Notes: generated by a model from the letters alone, not told the origin. DNA of 53,098 bases from Nanobdellota archaeon (GCA_038045945.1 JBBSXC010000007.1:1-53098); one strand, 5' to 3'; shown: positions 29,161 through 38,537, numbered from the stretch's first letter. Program-made: numbers and translations.

Positions 29161-31506
29161 ATGGCTTCTAAGAATACTGGTAATAGTAAATCAAGTGGTA
29201 GTGGTTATGTTCCTTTAGATGAGTCTTCTATTAAGCGTTCTTTGACTATTCCTGAAAAGCCAAAAGTTATTGTTGAGACCATTGAGAAGCAGGGTAAGAT
29301 TATGCCTAGAAAGACTTCTGTTTACAAAAAGCGCTCTACTACCAAGTCTTCTAAGCCTAAGTCTTCTTCTTCTTCTTCTCGTTTTGTTGGTCGTGAGCCT
29401 CCTGTTAAGAGGGTTGGTAAGGGTGATTATGTTTTGGTTATTACTGAGAAGCCTCAGGCTGCTTCTAAAATTGCTGATGGTTTAGGTAATGCTAGGAAGG
29501 TTTCTATGCCGGGAGGAGTTTTTTATTATGAGGTTACTCGTGGTGGGGAAAAATTAGTTGTTGCCTGTGCTGTTGGTCACCTTTTTGGTTTGCAGCAGTC
29601 TGCTGGTCAAAAATCTTGGCCTGTTTTTAATTTGGAGTGGGTTCCCTCTTATAGTCGTAAGGGTGCCGAGTTTACTAAAAAGTATTACAATGTTTTACGT
29701 AAGCTTGCAACTAAGGCTAAGTCTTTGGTTGTTGCTACGGATTATGATATTGAGGGTGAAGTTATTGGTTGGAACATTGTTCGTTTTATTTGTGGTGAAC
29801 CTGATGCTAAGCGGATGAAGTTTTCTTCTCTTACTAAAGATGAGATTAGTAAGTCTTATGATAATGTTTTCACTAGTATTGATTGGGGTCAGGCTTTTGC
29901 TGGTGAGACTCGTCATTATCTTGATTGGCTTTATGGTATTAATCTTTCTCGTGCTTTGATGGAGGCTATTAAGAAGGCTGGTAATTTTCGTGTTATGTCT
30001 ATTGGTAGGGTTCAGGGTCCTGCTCTTAATCTTGTTGTTAAGAAGGAACTAGAGATTAGTAGTTTTAAGCCTGAGCCTTTTTGGCAAGTTTTTTTGCTTA
30101 TTGATTGGCAGGGAGAGAAAATAGAACTTAAGTATGTTAAGGATATTACTAATGAGTCTGAACTAAAAAAGTTTTCTGAGATTGCTCATAAGCATGTTCA
30201 TGCTAGCACGTTTGATTCTCAGCAGTCTATTCCTCCTCTTCCTCTTTTTGATCTTACTACTCTTCAGACTGAGTCTTACAAGTTTTTTGGTCTTACTCCA
30301 ACTCAATCTTTGGCTGTTGCTCAAAAGTTGTACTTGTCTGGTCTTATTAGTTATCCTCGTACTTCTTCTCAAAAACTTCCTGCTGGCACCGATGTTTCTA
30401 TTATTGTTAAGAAGCTTTCTAGGGTTTTTTCTAAGGAAGCTTCCCTTGTTTCTAGGAATTGGCCTGTTGAGTCTAATAAGACTGATCCTGCTCATCCTGC
30501 TATTCATCCTACTGGTGAATTGACTGGTTTTGATTCTTTGTCTTCTGATGAGTCTAAAATTTATGGTTTGGTTGTTAAGAGGTTTTTGGCTTCTCTTTGT
30601 GATGATGCTCTTGTTTCTAATAGGAAGATTGAGGTTGTTTTTTCCGGTTTAGTTTTTAATGCTAAGGGTTTGGCTGTTTTGAATAAGGGCTGGACTTCTG
30701 TTTATCCTCACAAGCTTAATGAGCGTGATTTGCCAGAAGTTAATGGTGAGGTAGACGTTTTAGAGGTTCGTATTGAGCAGAAGGAGACTCAGCCCCCTAA
30801 ACGTTACTCACCAGCTTCGCTGGTATCGGAATTAGCGAAAAGAAATCTTGGCACTAAGGCTACTAGGGCGGCTATTGTTGAGACTCTTTATGACAGGGGT
30901 TATATTAAGGATCGTAGTGTTGTTGCTACCCCTATTGGTGTTTCTTTGATTAATACTTTGGAGAAGTATTGTCCTGTGATTATTGATGAGAAGCTTACTC
31001 GTGATTTTGAGAAGGAGACTAATGCTATTTTTTCTGCTAAGAAGGATTTTTTGAAGAAGGAGGAGGTTATTATTGGTAAGGTTAAGAATGTTCTTCTTTC
31101 TGTTGAGAAGGAGTTTCGTAAGTCCGAAGTTGTTATTGGTAAGGAATTGTTAGATTCTCTTACTGCTGTTCGTCAGCAAGAAAAGGTTGCTAATACTTTG
31201 AGTAAGTGTCCTGTTTGTTCCACTGGTAATCTTGCTATTCTTTTTTCTAAAAAGTTTGGTAAGTCTTTTGTTGCTTGTAATCGTTATCCTGATTGTAAGA
31301 CTACTTTTGGTCTTCCTAGCGGTTTTGTTAAGAGGGTTGATGGTAAATTGTGTGATAAGTGTTCTTGGCAAAAACTTATGCTTCTTAAGAAGGGTCGTAG
31401 GCCTTGGGAGTTTTGTTTTAATCCTGCTTGCCCTAGTAGGAAGGAACAGGAAGAAAGACAGAAGCAGCAAGAAGAAGAGAAAGAGGAAGTTGGTGGTGAA
31501 GAATAA
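29161..31506 (+). CDS. topA: Type IA DNA topoisomerase
   Basis: TOPRIM ITEKP, GHL, ATDYDIEGE, GRVQGP, catalytic ISYPRT, GTKATR; C-terminal Zn ribbons. Confidence 0.96.
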   Translation: MASKNTGNSKSSGSGYVPLDESSIKRSLTIPEKPKVIVETIEKQGKIMPRKTSVYKKRSTTKSSKPKSSSSSSRFVGREPPVKRVGKGDYVLVITEKPQAASKIADGLGNARKVSMPGGVFYYEVTRGGEKLVVACAVGHLFGLQQSAGQKSWPVFNLEWVPSYSRKGAEFTKKYYNVLRKLATKAKSLVVATDYDIEGEVIGWNIVRFICGEPDAKRMKFSSLTKDEISKSYDNVFTSIDWGQAFAGETRHYLDWLYGINLSRALMEAIKKAGNFRVMSIGRVQGPALNLVVKKELEISSFKPEPFWQVFLLIDWQGEKIELKYVKDITNESELKKFSEIAHKHVHASTFDSQQSIPPLPLFDLTTLQTESYKFFGLTPTQSLAVAQKLYLSGLISYPRTSSQKLPAGTDVSIIVKKLSRVFSKEASLVSRNWPVESNKTDPAHPAIHPTGELTGFDSLSSDESKIYGLVVKRFLASLCDDALVSNRKIEVVFSGLVFNAKGLAVLNKGWTSVYPHKLNERDLPEVNGEVDVLEVRIEQKETQPPKRYSPASLVSELAKRNLGTKATRAAIVETLYDRGYIKDRSVVATPIGVSLINTLEKYCPVIIDEKLTRDFEKETNAIFSAKKDFLKKEEVIIGKVKNVLLSVEKEFRKSEVVIGKELLDSLTAVRQQEKVANTLSKCPVCSTGNLAILFSKKFGKSFVACNRYPDCKTTFGLPSGFVKRVDGKLCDKCSWQKLMLLKKGRRPWEFCFNPACPSRKEQEERQKQQEEEKEEVGGEE

Positions 31507-31566
31507 GCTTTTTTATGTTGAGTTTGTTTCTAAAGGATTATTTTATGGATATGAGAATTGTACGTG

Positions 31567-32184
31567 TTAATTATCCATGTTCAAAAATGATAGTATTCCT
31601 GTGTTGAATTTTTGTGTTATTAGTTTTCCTAGGTAGTATGCGCTTCCGAACATTACAACTCCTGGCACTAGCGCTATTCCTAGTCCTGGTGCTATTAGGC
31701 TTGTTCCTATAGTGCCTATGGTTCCTGCTCCTATTGATTCTAATACGTGTATTGCTATTGGTACTGATCTTTCTACCCCCCTTTGTAATGAGTCTATTTG
31801 CATTATTACTTTCCCTTCTTTTAATAATCGTACTTTTTTGTCTTCTTCTGATACTATTACTACCAAATTTCCTACTTTTTTGCTTGCTGTTGTTGCTGCG
31901 CTGTGTCTTGTTCCGAAATTTCTCATTATAGAATTGCTTTTTATCATTGCTCCGTATGCTTTCATTGTTCCATCAGATGATAGTATTACTGCTCCGTCGA
32001 TTAGCGCTAAGCTTTCTAAGAGTTTTGGGTTTTCCATTGCCTTGAATGGTGGTACTGCTTGGTCTACTAGTACGTCGTATTCTGCTTCTCCTACCACAAA
32101 GAGTGCTCCTTCCCCTCTTTTTGCTATTCTTAGAGCTACTTTTATTAGTGTTTCTTCCACCTCTTTTACTGATAGTTCTATCAT
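31567..32184 (-). CDS. Diadenylate cyclase (DAC/DisA_N domain) with hydrophobic C-terminal tail
   Basis: GALFVVG, IDGAVI, GTRHSAA, IVSEE motifs. Confidence 0.85.
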   Translation of the reverse strand: MIELSVKEVEETLIKVALRIAKRGEGALFVVGEAEYDVLVDQAVPPFKAMENPKLLESLALIDGAVILSSDGTMKAYGAMIKSNSIMRNFGTRHSAATTASKKVGNLVVIVSEEDKKVRLLKEGKVIMQIDSLQRGVERSVPIAIHVLESIGAGTIGTIGTSLIAPGLGIALVPGVVMFGSAYYLGKLITQKFNTGILSFLNMDN

Positions 32185-32401
32185 CGTGAATCAAATAGAA
32201 ATTTTTTAGTATTTAAGGCTTTACTGTTATTTTTTAGTGAATATTCTTGCTTAGATGATTCTAGAACTATCGTTCCCTCTTTGTTTTTTTGTTTCCCTAT
32301 CATGAAAATCTGACTTCTTATCGCGAAAATTTCCCTATTACTAACAAAAGGCGCCTCTTTTATTTAAATCTTTCTTAGTTTTTTTCTATAAACAGTTGAT
32401 T

Positions 32402-33169
32402 TTACATCCACCCTTTTCTTTTTATTCCGCTATCTGTTATTGTGAATTCTAATTCTTTTTCTCTTAGGCTTCTGTGTTTTATTAGTGCTAATTTTCTTTT
32501 TCCGCTTAAGTTTTCTACTCTTATTATGCATTTACTCCAGTATTTTAGTAAGTCTCCTCCTACCATTCTTACTTCTGGTATTATTCCTTTTTCTCTGTCT
32601 TCGTATTTTATGTATGTGTTGTATACTTGGTTTGTTACTATTATTGGTATGTTTTTGTTTCTTGCTATTTCTGCTAGGACTCTTAGTTGTCTTGCTAGTT
32701 CCCTGTTTGTTTCTTTAACGTGTTTTTCTTTTTCTTCTCCTTCTCCTGCTCCTGGGAAGTCCCCTAATTCTAGCCTGTATAGCATTGTCATTCCGTCAAT
32801 AATTATTATTCCTATATTGTTTTCTTTTTTTATTTCTTTTAGTAACTGTTCTATTGATTCTTTTTGTTCTTGGAAATTTACTGGTTTTAGAAGTAGTATG
32901 TTTGCCAGCACCTTTTCGAAAGTCTCTTTGTTTCCGTTGTTTCCCGCTGTTACTATTTGTTTTACTCTATCGCTTGAGAATCCTCCTTCCGTATCTACAA
33001 ATATCACTTTTTTTCCTTTTATTGCTTGACTTACTGCTACTATTATACACAAATTTGTTTTTCCGCTTCCGCTTGCTCCGTAAATGGTTGTTATTATGTC
33101 TTTTTCGTATCCTCCGAATAACCATTTGTTTAAGTCGTAGCTTCCCGCGCTTATTTTGTTATCTGACAT
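32402..33169 (-). CDS. radB: DNA repair and recombination protein RadB
   Basis: GASGSGKT, VDTEGGFS, VTNQVY, KHR motif; no RadA N-terminal domain. Confidence 0.93.
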   Translation of the reverse strand: MSDNKISAGSYDLNKWLFGGYEKDIITTIYGASGSGKTNLCIIVAVSQAIKGKKVIFVDTEGGFSSDRVKQIVTAGNNGNKETFEKVLANILLLKPVNFQEQKESIEQLLKEIKKENNIGIIIIDGMTMLYRLELGDFPGAGEGEEKEKHVKETNRELARQLRVLAEIARNKNIPIIVTNQVYNTYIKYEDREKGIIPEVRMVGGDLLKYWSKCIIRVENLSGKRKLALIKHRSLREKELEFTITDSGIKRKGWM

Positions 33170-33222
33170 AATAAATCGTTTTTCTAAGAATTAATAAGTA
33201 TTATGTTAATAATTGGCGTTCC

Positions 33223-33489
33223 TTACTTCATTGACTTTTCAAAGTCGTTTACGAATTTGTCTAATTGTTTTTCTACTGATACTGCTGCGTCTTTTAATGC
33301 TTTTTTTACTGTTTTTCCGTTCGTTTTTATTGCTAGTGTTACTGGTGTTCCTGGTTGTGTTCTTTTCCAAGCTGCGAATTTTACGCTGTCATCTTTTAGT
33401 AATTCTACCCTCATTATTTCTGCTACTGTTTGATTGTCCATTTCTATTTCTGCTTCATTCTTTTCATCAATTAAGTAATTCATTTGCAT
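33223..33489 (-). CDS. rpoL: DNA-directed RNA polymerase subunit Rpo11 (L)
   Basis: 88 aa; DNQTVAEIMRVELLKDDSVKFAAW...LAIKT...ALKDA pattern. Confidence 0.8.
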   Translation of the reverse strand: MQMNYLIDEKNEAEIEMDNQTVAEIMRVELLKDDSVKFAAWKRTQPGTPVTLAIKTNGKTVKKALKDAAVSVEKQLDKFVNDFEKSMK

Positions 33490-33524
33490 AATAAAGAGAT
33501 TAAAAATGAGTTTTTAAAGCTTTC

Positions 33525-33812
33525 TTATTCAGTTATTGGCAGGTCAAGTACTGCTGCATCAGCGGCGTATTGTGCTCTCGAAGTGTAAATTCTTGTTTGG
33601 TTTAATATTTTATTTCTAAATTCTCCATAAGTTATTGGCTTGGAATCAATGCTCATAGCACTTAGGTTTCCCGCTTCTGGCATTCTTAGTAGTGCTTCTA
33701 GTGCCCCAACACCCTCAGTGACTAGAGTTGCGTCTTCTACTCCCGTATCAATATCCCCTTTATGAATGCATAGGTCTGCTTTAAAGTTTCGATATCTTAC
33801 TTCTTTTACCAT
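33525..33812 (-). CDS. Hypothetical protein
   Basis: 95-aa ORF 5 nt downstream of the MBF1-like gene. Confidence 0.55.
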   Translation of the reverse strand: MVKEVRYRNFKADLCIHKGDIDTGVEDATLVTEGVGALEALLRMPEAGNLSAMSIDSKPITYGEFRNKILNQTRIYTSRAQYAADAAVLDLPITE

Positions 33813-33817
33813 CTTTT

Positions 33818-35182
33818 TTAGTCTAGGTCTACGAATTCTATTTCTCCTTTCCAGTTTCCTTCTTCTTTTTTTCTTTCTTCTTCTATTTCTTCTTTTTGTT
33901 TCTTTATTTCTTGTAGTTGTGAGATTGTTAATTCTTCCATTGCGCCTTTGTTTACTTGTATTCTTTTTGCGTCTTGTACTCTTGGTATGTTTTGTGCGTT
34001 CTTCATTGCGTCAGCTGCTAATGAAAGTGTTGGTCTGTTTGTTGATCCGCCCGTTATTCTTGAAGGGTTTGGTACTGCGTATGTTGGTTTACTGCTTGTT
34101 TGTTGGCTGTATTGTGGCGCAGTTGGTCTTACTTGTCCTATGCTGTTTTGTGTTTTTAGTGCGTCAGCGGCTAATGATAGTGGTTGTCTGTTAGTTATTC
34201 TGCTGCTTGATGCTCCAGCGTTTATTGGTAATCCTTGGGATTTTTGCGAGTTTTGGGAGGTCGAAGTTGACATGGGTGAGTGTGATTGACTCATTTGTGA
34301 CCTGTTTGTTATTCTAGAGGAGCTTGCTCCAGCGTTCATTGGTATTCCGTGATTCATTTGTTGGCTTTGTCCCGGTACTCCTTGTTGAACTGATGACATT
34401 GTTGACTTTGTTGTTGGTAACGGTTTTGCTTGGAATCCTGACTTGTTTGGCTGGTTTGTTGAGGTTATTGTTCTTTTTTCAGATCTTTCTGCGGGTATTT
34501 TTTGAACTAATACTTCTGCTGATGGTGTTCTTTTTTGTTCTTTGTATGCTGGTTTTGCGAAATCGTAGTCTTTTACTGATCTGTATACTGCTGCTTTGTT
34601 GTATCCTGGTGTTCGTAATTCGTCTTTTATTATTTTTATTTGGAAGTATTGTTCTAGTTTTTCTGCTACTTTTCTTCCGTCTGTTGGTGTTTTTCCATCT
34701 TCTATTAATTTTACGTCTGTTTCGCTTGCTCCTATTGCGTCTGCTAGTTGTTTTATTGTTAGTCTTTTGTTTCTTCTTTCTTTTTGTACTACCCAGTTTG
34801 CGTGTTCTATTAGTGTTACTGGCCCAGTGAGTTTTTTCATCATTTCTTGTCTTTTTTTTATGCTGTATTCTGAGAATCCGTCTCCTTGTTCTCTTCCTGC
34901 AAGGTTTGTTTGTTGGCTCGTTGGGAACATTTGTTTTACTTTGAATTGTTCTTCTCTTTGAGTGTTGCTCATTCCTGATAATCTTTGCAACCTACTATAA
35001 ACGCTTGTTGATCTGTTAGCTCCTTGTACCTGGTTGCTTGTGGGTTTTCTTATTATTATTGCAGATTCTGTTTTTGCGCAATTTTCACAAACTTTTACCG
35101 GTCTTGCTTCTTTTACTGCGTCATATATTCTTACTTGTCCAGAATTCTTTTTGCAGCTAAAGCAAACTTGTGGTAAGTCCAT
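33818..35182 (-). CDS. Archaeal MBF1-like protein (Zn ribbon plus Cro/C1 HTH) with long low-complexity repeat extension
   Basis: CFSC...VCENC; ERRNKRLTIKQLADAIGASETDVKLIEDG..P...AEKLEQYFQIKI; S/T/Q/P-rich tail. Confidence 0.8.
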   Translation of the reverse strand: MDLPQVCFSCKKNSGQVRIYDAVKEARPVKVCENCAKTESAIIIRKPTSNQVQGANRSTSVYSRLQRLSGMSNTQREEQFKVKQMFPTSQQTNLAGREQGDGFSEYSIKKRQEMMKKLTGPVTLIEHANWVVQKERRNKRLTIKQLADAIGASETDVKLIEDGKTPTDGRKVAEKLEQYFQIKIIKDELRTPGYNKAAVYRSVKDYDFAKPAYKEQKRTPSAEVLVQKIPAERSEKRTITSTNQPNKSGFQAKPLPTTKSTMSSVQQGVPGQSQQMNHGIPMNAGASSSRITNRSQMSQSHSPMSTSTSQNSQKSQGLPINAGASSSRITNRQPLSLAADALKTQNSIGQVRPTAPQYSQQTSSKPTYAVPNPSRITGGSTNRPTLSLAADAMKNAQNIPRVQDAKRIQVNKGAMEELTISQLQEIKKQKEEIEEERKKEEGNWKGEIEFVDLD

Positions 35183-35229
35183 GTTTTCTTTGATATTTTT
35201 GACTATTTAAAAATTTAGATAGTATAATC

Positions 35230-35331
35230 TAGATTTTTAAGCTTCAGAAAATCTCGTTTTTCTGACAGTATTCAAGAATTAACATTCTTGACACCACAAA
35301 AAATTAAAGTTTTTTGATGTTTAAAAATCTA
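35230..35331. repeat. Nested multi-hairpin palindromic element, copy 3
   Basis: Outer IR TAGATTTTTAA/TTAAAAATCTA enclosing TCAGAAAA/TTTTCTGA, TCAAGAAT/ATTCTTGA and CAAAAAA/TTTTTTG. Confidence 0.75.
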
Positions 35332-35367
35332 TATGGCGTATTTTAAGAATTCTTAGAAGAATTAATG

Positions 35368-36024
35368 CTAGTTTAATATTTTTATTAGTTCTTCTTTGCT
35401 TGTTTTTTCGTCAACAACTATTTTTTCATCTATTAGTACTGATGGTAATTCTTTTATCCCATAATTATTCTTCATTAACTCTATGCTTGATACGTTCAAG
35501 TCTCCTGCTATTGGTATTAGCATTATTTTGTGTCCTAATTCTTCTTTTGTTTCTGCTAAAATGTTTGATATTACTGATTGTTTTGCTTTTTCTTCTATTG
35601 ATGGGTTGTTGTACTTGTAGAAGTATATTACTGTGTGGTAGCTCGAGTTACATTCTTCTCTTATTTTCATGCTGTTAAGCCAGAATGATACTCGTAGTAA
35701 GTCGTATTTTTTGTGTTGTGTTATTAGGCCGTTTGATAGTCTTTGTGCTCCTTCGTACCGGTCTAATATTTTTGCTTCTTCGTATATTCTGTCACCAAAG
35801 TTTGCGTTTTGTTCTACTGCATAGTCGCACTTGGTTATCTCTTTTCCGTATATTTCTGATTGTAGTCTTACGTCTAAGAATGCTACTTCTGAACTCGTGT
35901 ACATATTAGTTATTTCTTCTCCTCTCCACGACTCTATGAAGAATCCTAAAGCTACTCCCACTCCGAATACGAACACACTTAGTATTAGTGCTTCCCAAAA
36001 GACTCTTTTTTGATTATTGACCAT
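35368..36024 (-). CDS. Membrane-anchored thioredoxin-like fold protein
   Basis: N-terminal TM; VIYFY; YGIKELPSVLIDE (cis-Pro loop-like); no CxxC. Confidence 0.65.
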   Translation of the reverse strand: MVNNQKRVFWEALILSVFVFGVGVALGFFIESWRGEEITNMYTSSEVAFLDVRLQSEIYGKEITKCDYAVEQNANFGDRIYEEAKILDRYEGAQRLSNGLITQHKKYDLLRVSFWLNSMKIREECNSSYHTVIYFYKYNNPSIEEKAKQSVISNILAETKEELGHKIMLIPIAGDLNVSSIELMKNNYGIKELPSVLIDEKIVVDEKTSKEELIKILN

Positions 36025-36042
36025 TTTTTTATAATGATACTG

Positions 36043-37281
36043 TTACCTCCACCTTAAATCTCCTCTTATTATTCTGATTATTGAGTTAATAAGTATTACT
36101 GGATAAATTGTTAGGTATACTAGTAAGTACGCTCCCATTATTGGCGGAGAGTATATTTTAACTCCTGCCGGCCTTATTGTTCTTAGGCCTATTATTGTGA
36201 ATATAGTGCTTGCTAAGAATAATGCTATTCCTAAAAAGTTTAGTACTGTTGCTGTAAAGTAAAAATCGTTTAGTGTTAATAATGAGCTTCCTGCTGCTAT
36301 TGTGTACTTTGTGTAAAGCACACTGCTTAGTATGTTTCTTGTTATTAAGTATACAAATATTCCCATTCCGAATAGTCCTAAGAATAGTGTTAGCGCGAAG
36401 TATGGCACTATGAATAATCCTAGCATATTGTAGTTTTTGTTGAATATTGTTTTTCTGTATTTTATTAAGCATTGTAGTCCTCCCATGTTCCACCTGTTTC
36501 TTTGTCTCCACCAATCTTTGATCTTATTTGGCGCTACTGTTTCTACGTGTGAGTCTAGGTTCATTCTTACTTGGTATCCTTTTGATATTACTCTCCAAGT
36601 CATTTCTATATCCTCAGTCATGTTTTTTTTGTCAAATCCCCCTACTTCTAATAGGACTTTTCTACGGTATATTGCCAGAGGCCCGGGAGTTACGTATATG
36701 CAGTCTATGAACCCTAGCATTTTTCTTGTGAAAGCTATTACTGCGTATTCTAATGCTTGTAATTTTTCTAAGAAATTATCTTTTTTTCTTACTAATATTT
36801 TTGCGCTTGCTACCCCTACTTTTTCTTCATCAAAGAATCCTATGAGGTTCTTAATGCTGTCTTTCTCTAAGAAAGATTGCGAGTCAATTACTGCTACTAG
36901 CTCAGTTTTTGTTATCCCTATTGCCCTGTTTAGTGCTCCTGCTTTCCCAAGATTTTTTTCATTGTTTATCACAGTTATTATAGGATACTTTTTTTCTAGG
37001 CGATTTATTATTTCTGAAGTTTTGTCTGTACTGTTATCGTTGATTATTATTATTTCTTTTATTGGGTATCCTTCAGTTGACTTTATCAGCGATTCTACAG
37101 TTCCTACGATTGTTTTTTCTTCATTCCATACAGGTATCATTACGCTTACTTCATAATTTTTTGTTATCTCTGGCGTTGCGTATAGATTTTTTTTGTTTCT
37201 GTGGTACAATATTACATAGAAGAAAAAGAAGTACAGTGATATGAACATGTATCCTAGGTATATGTATGGTAGTATTGCCAT
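36043..37281 (-). CDS. Processive-type GT2 glycosyltransferase (PgaC/IcaA/cellulose synthase-like)
   Basis: IPVWNEE, INDNSTD, GKAGALN, TED, QRNRW; N- and C-terminal TM segments. Confidence 0.9.
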   Translation of the reverse strand: MAILPYIYLGYMFISLYFFFFYVILYHRNKKNLYATPEITKNYEVSVMIPVWNEEKTIVGTVESLIKSTEGYPIKEIIIINDNSTDKTSEIINRLEKKYPIITVINNEKNLGKAGALNRAIGITKTELVAVIDSQSFLEKDSIKNLIGFFDEEKVGVASAKILVRKKDNFLEKLQALEYAVIAFTRKMLGFIDCIYVTPGPLAIYRRKVLLEVGGFDKKNMTEDIEMTWRVISKGYQVRMNLDSHVETVAPNKIKDWWRQRNRWNMGGLQCLIKYRKTIFNKNYNMLGLFIVPYFALTLFLGLFGMGIFVYLITRNILSSVLYTKYTIAAGSSLLTLNDFYFTATVLNFLGIALFLASTIFTIIGLRTIRPAGVKIYSPPIMGAYLLVYLTIYPVILINSIIRIIRGDLRWR

Positions 37282-37286
37282 GATTA

Positions 37287-37841
37287 TTATTCCTCTTTTT
37301 CTTCTATTTGCCCTATGTTTCCTATTTCTTCTTCGTTTGTTTTCGGGTTTATTTGGAAGTATTCGTAGAATTGGTCTGATAATTCTAGTTCTATTGTGTG
37401 TCCTACTGCTTTAGTTTTTACCAGGCCTATTTCTCTGAACTTTTTTATGTGTTCGTATGCTTTGTTTCCCCTTATGTTTATTATTACTGATTGTTTTACT
37501 GGCTGTTTGTATGCTATTATTGCTAGTGTTTCTTGTTCTGCTTTTGTGAATTCGCTGCTTCCTGTGGCTAGCCTGTTTATTAGGTACGAGTATTCTGTTC
37601 TCACTCCCATCTTCCACATTTCATCCCGATTGCATATTTCTATTGCGCTGGTTTGGTATTTGTCTCTTAGTCTTTCTAGGTATTGTTTTAGTAGTATGGG
37701 ATTAAGGTCTACTAGGGTTACGAGTTCCGGTATGCTCATCCATTTTCCGCTTACGAATAGTGATGCTTCTATTTTGTTTATTGCTTCTGCCTCTTTTGAT
37801 GTGTCTATTTCCTCGATTGTTTTTTCGCTTATTTCACCCAT
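37287..37841 (-). CDS. scpB: SMC-Scp complex subunit ScpB
   Basis: IEASLFVSG, ETLAIIAYKQPVKQS.I..IRG, FYEYF. Confidence 0.9.
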   Translation of the reverse strand: MGEISEKTIEEIDTSKEAEAINKIEASLFVSGKWMSIPELVTLVDLNPILLKQYLERLRDKYQTSAIEICNRDEMWKMGVRTEYSYLINRLATGSSEFTKAEQETLAIIAYKQPVKQSVIINIRGNKAYEHIKKFREIGLVKTKAVGHTIELELSDQFYEYFQINPKTNEEEIGNIGQIEEKEE

Positions 37842-37897
37842 TGATTATACCTCTTTGCTTATTCTTTATAGAACTTATGAAGGATTAATAAAGGTAA

Positions 37898-38533
37898 TTA
37901 TGGTTTTTTAACTCTCCAAAAACCAATTGTTGGTAGTTTCATTCTGTCAAGTATTCTATTTACACTTGCAGGTGTTACTCTCGCTCTTTCAGCAAATTCG
38001 TAAACTCCCACTCTCTCTTTAGAATCCCTGGTTTTGATGTATTCTGTAAAGAATCTGAATGCTTTCCGATAAGAGAGTGTTCTTCCATGGTTGTTAAGAT
38101 GTCTTGACCTATATTGTACAGCTAATCTTCTATTTTCAGATATTTCCTTAAGTTTTTCCTCATATAAACTATCAATTACCTGATAAAGTCCCATAGCAAT
38201 TTCTTTTTCTTTCCTCTTTTTCTCTTTCTTTGCTAATTTGTGTATTTCCCAAAAATCGTTCGCTCTCATATAATCCAAGACTCTACTTCTGTTGTTATGC
38301 CCCTCTCTCCCACTTATCTCTCTTATAGGTAATCCTTCAAGAATCATATTATCAAGCCTCTTTCTTTCTTCATTTTCATAATTTATTTCTTCTTTAATTA
38401 TACCCCTTCTTGATAACTCTCCATATACATGACTTCTAGAACAACCATATCTCTCGCCCATTTCACGCCCACTTAATTCTCTTGCGTCTTTCCTTAATTG
38501 CTCATCAGTCACCCCATCAAAAACCTTAATCAT
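37898..38533 (-). CDS. Hypothetical basic protein with possible HTH motifs
   Basis: LSGREMGERYGCSRSHV and VYEFAERARVTPASVNRIL HTH-like segments. Confidence 0.65.
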   Translation of the reverse strand: MIKVFDGVTDEQLRKDARELSGREMGERYGCSRSHVYGELSRRGIIKEEINYENEERKRLDNMILEGLPIREISGREGHNNRSRVLDYMRANDFWEIHKLAKKEKKRKEKEIAMGLYQVIDSLYEEKLKEISENRRLAVQYRSRHLNNHGRTLSYRKAFRFFTEYIKTRDSKERVGVYEFAERARVTPASVNRILDRMKLPTIGFWRVKKP

Positions 38534-38537
38534 TTTT

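Noticed and set aside
29338-29381. TCT-rich Ser/Lys run in the topA N-terminal extension
   Set aside because: Simple low-complexity linker consistent with the T-rich skew; no evidence of phase variation.
1305-35331. CRISPR interpretation of the palindromic repeats
   Set aside because: The copies are dispersed and unequal, with no regular repeat-spacer array and no cas genes.
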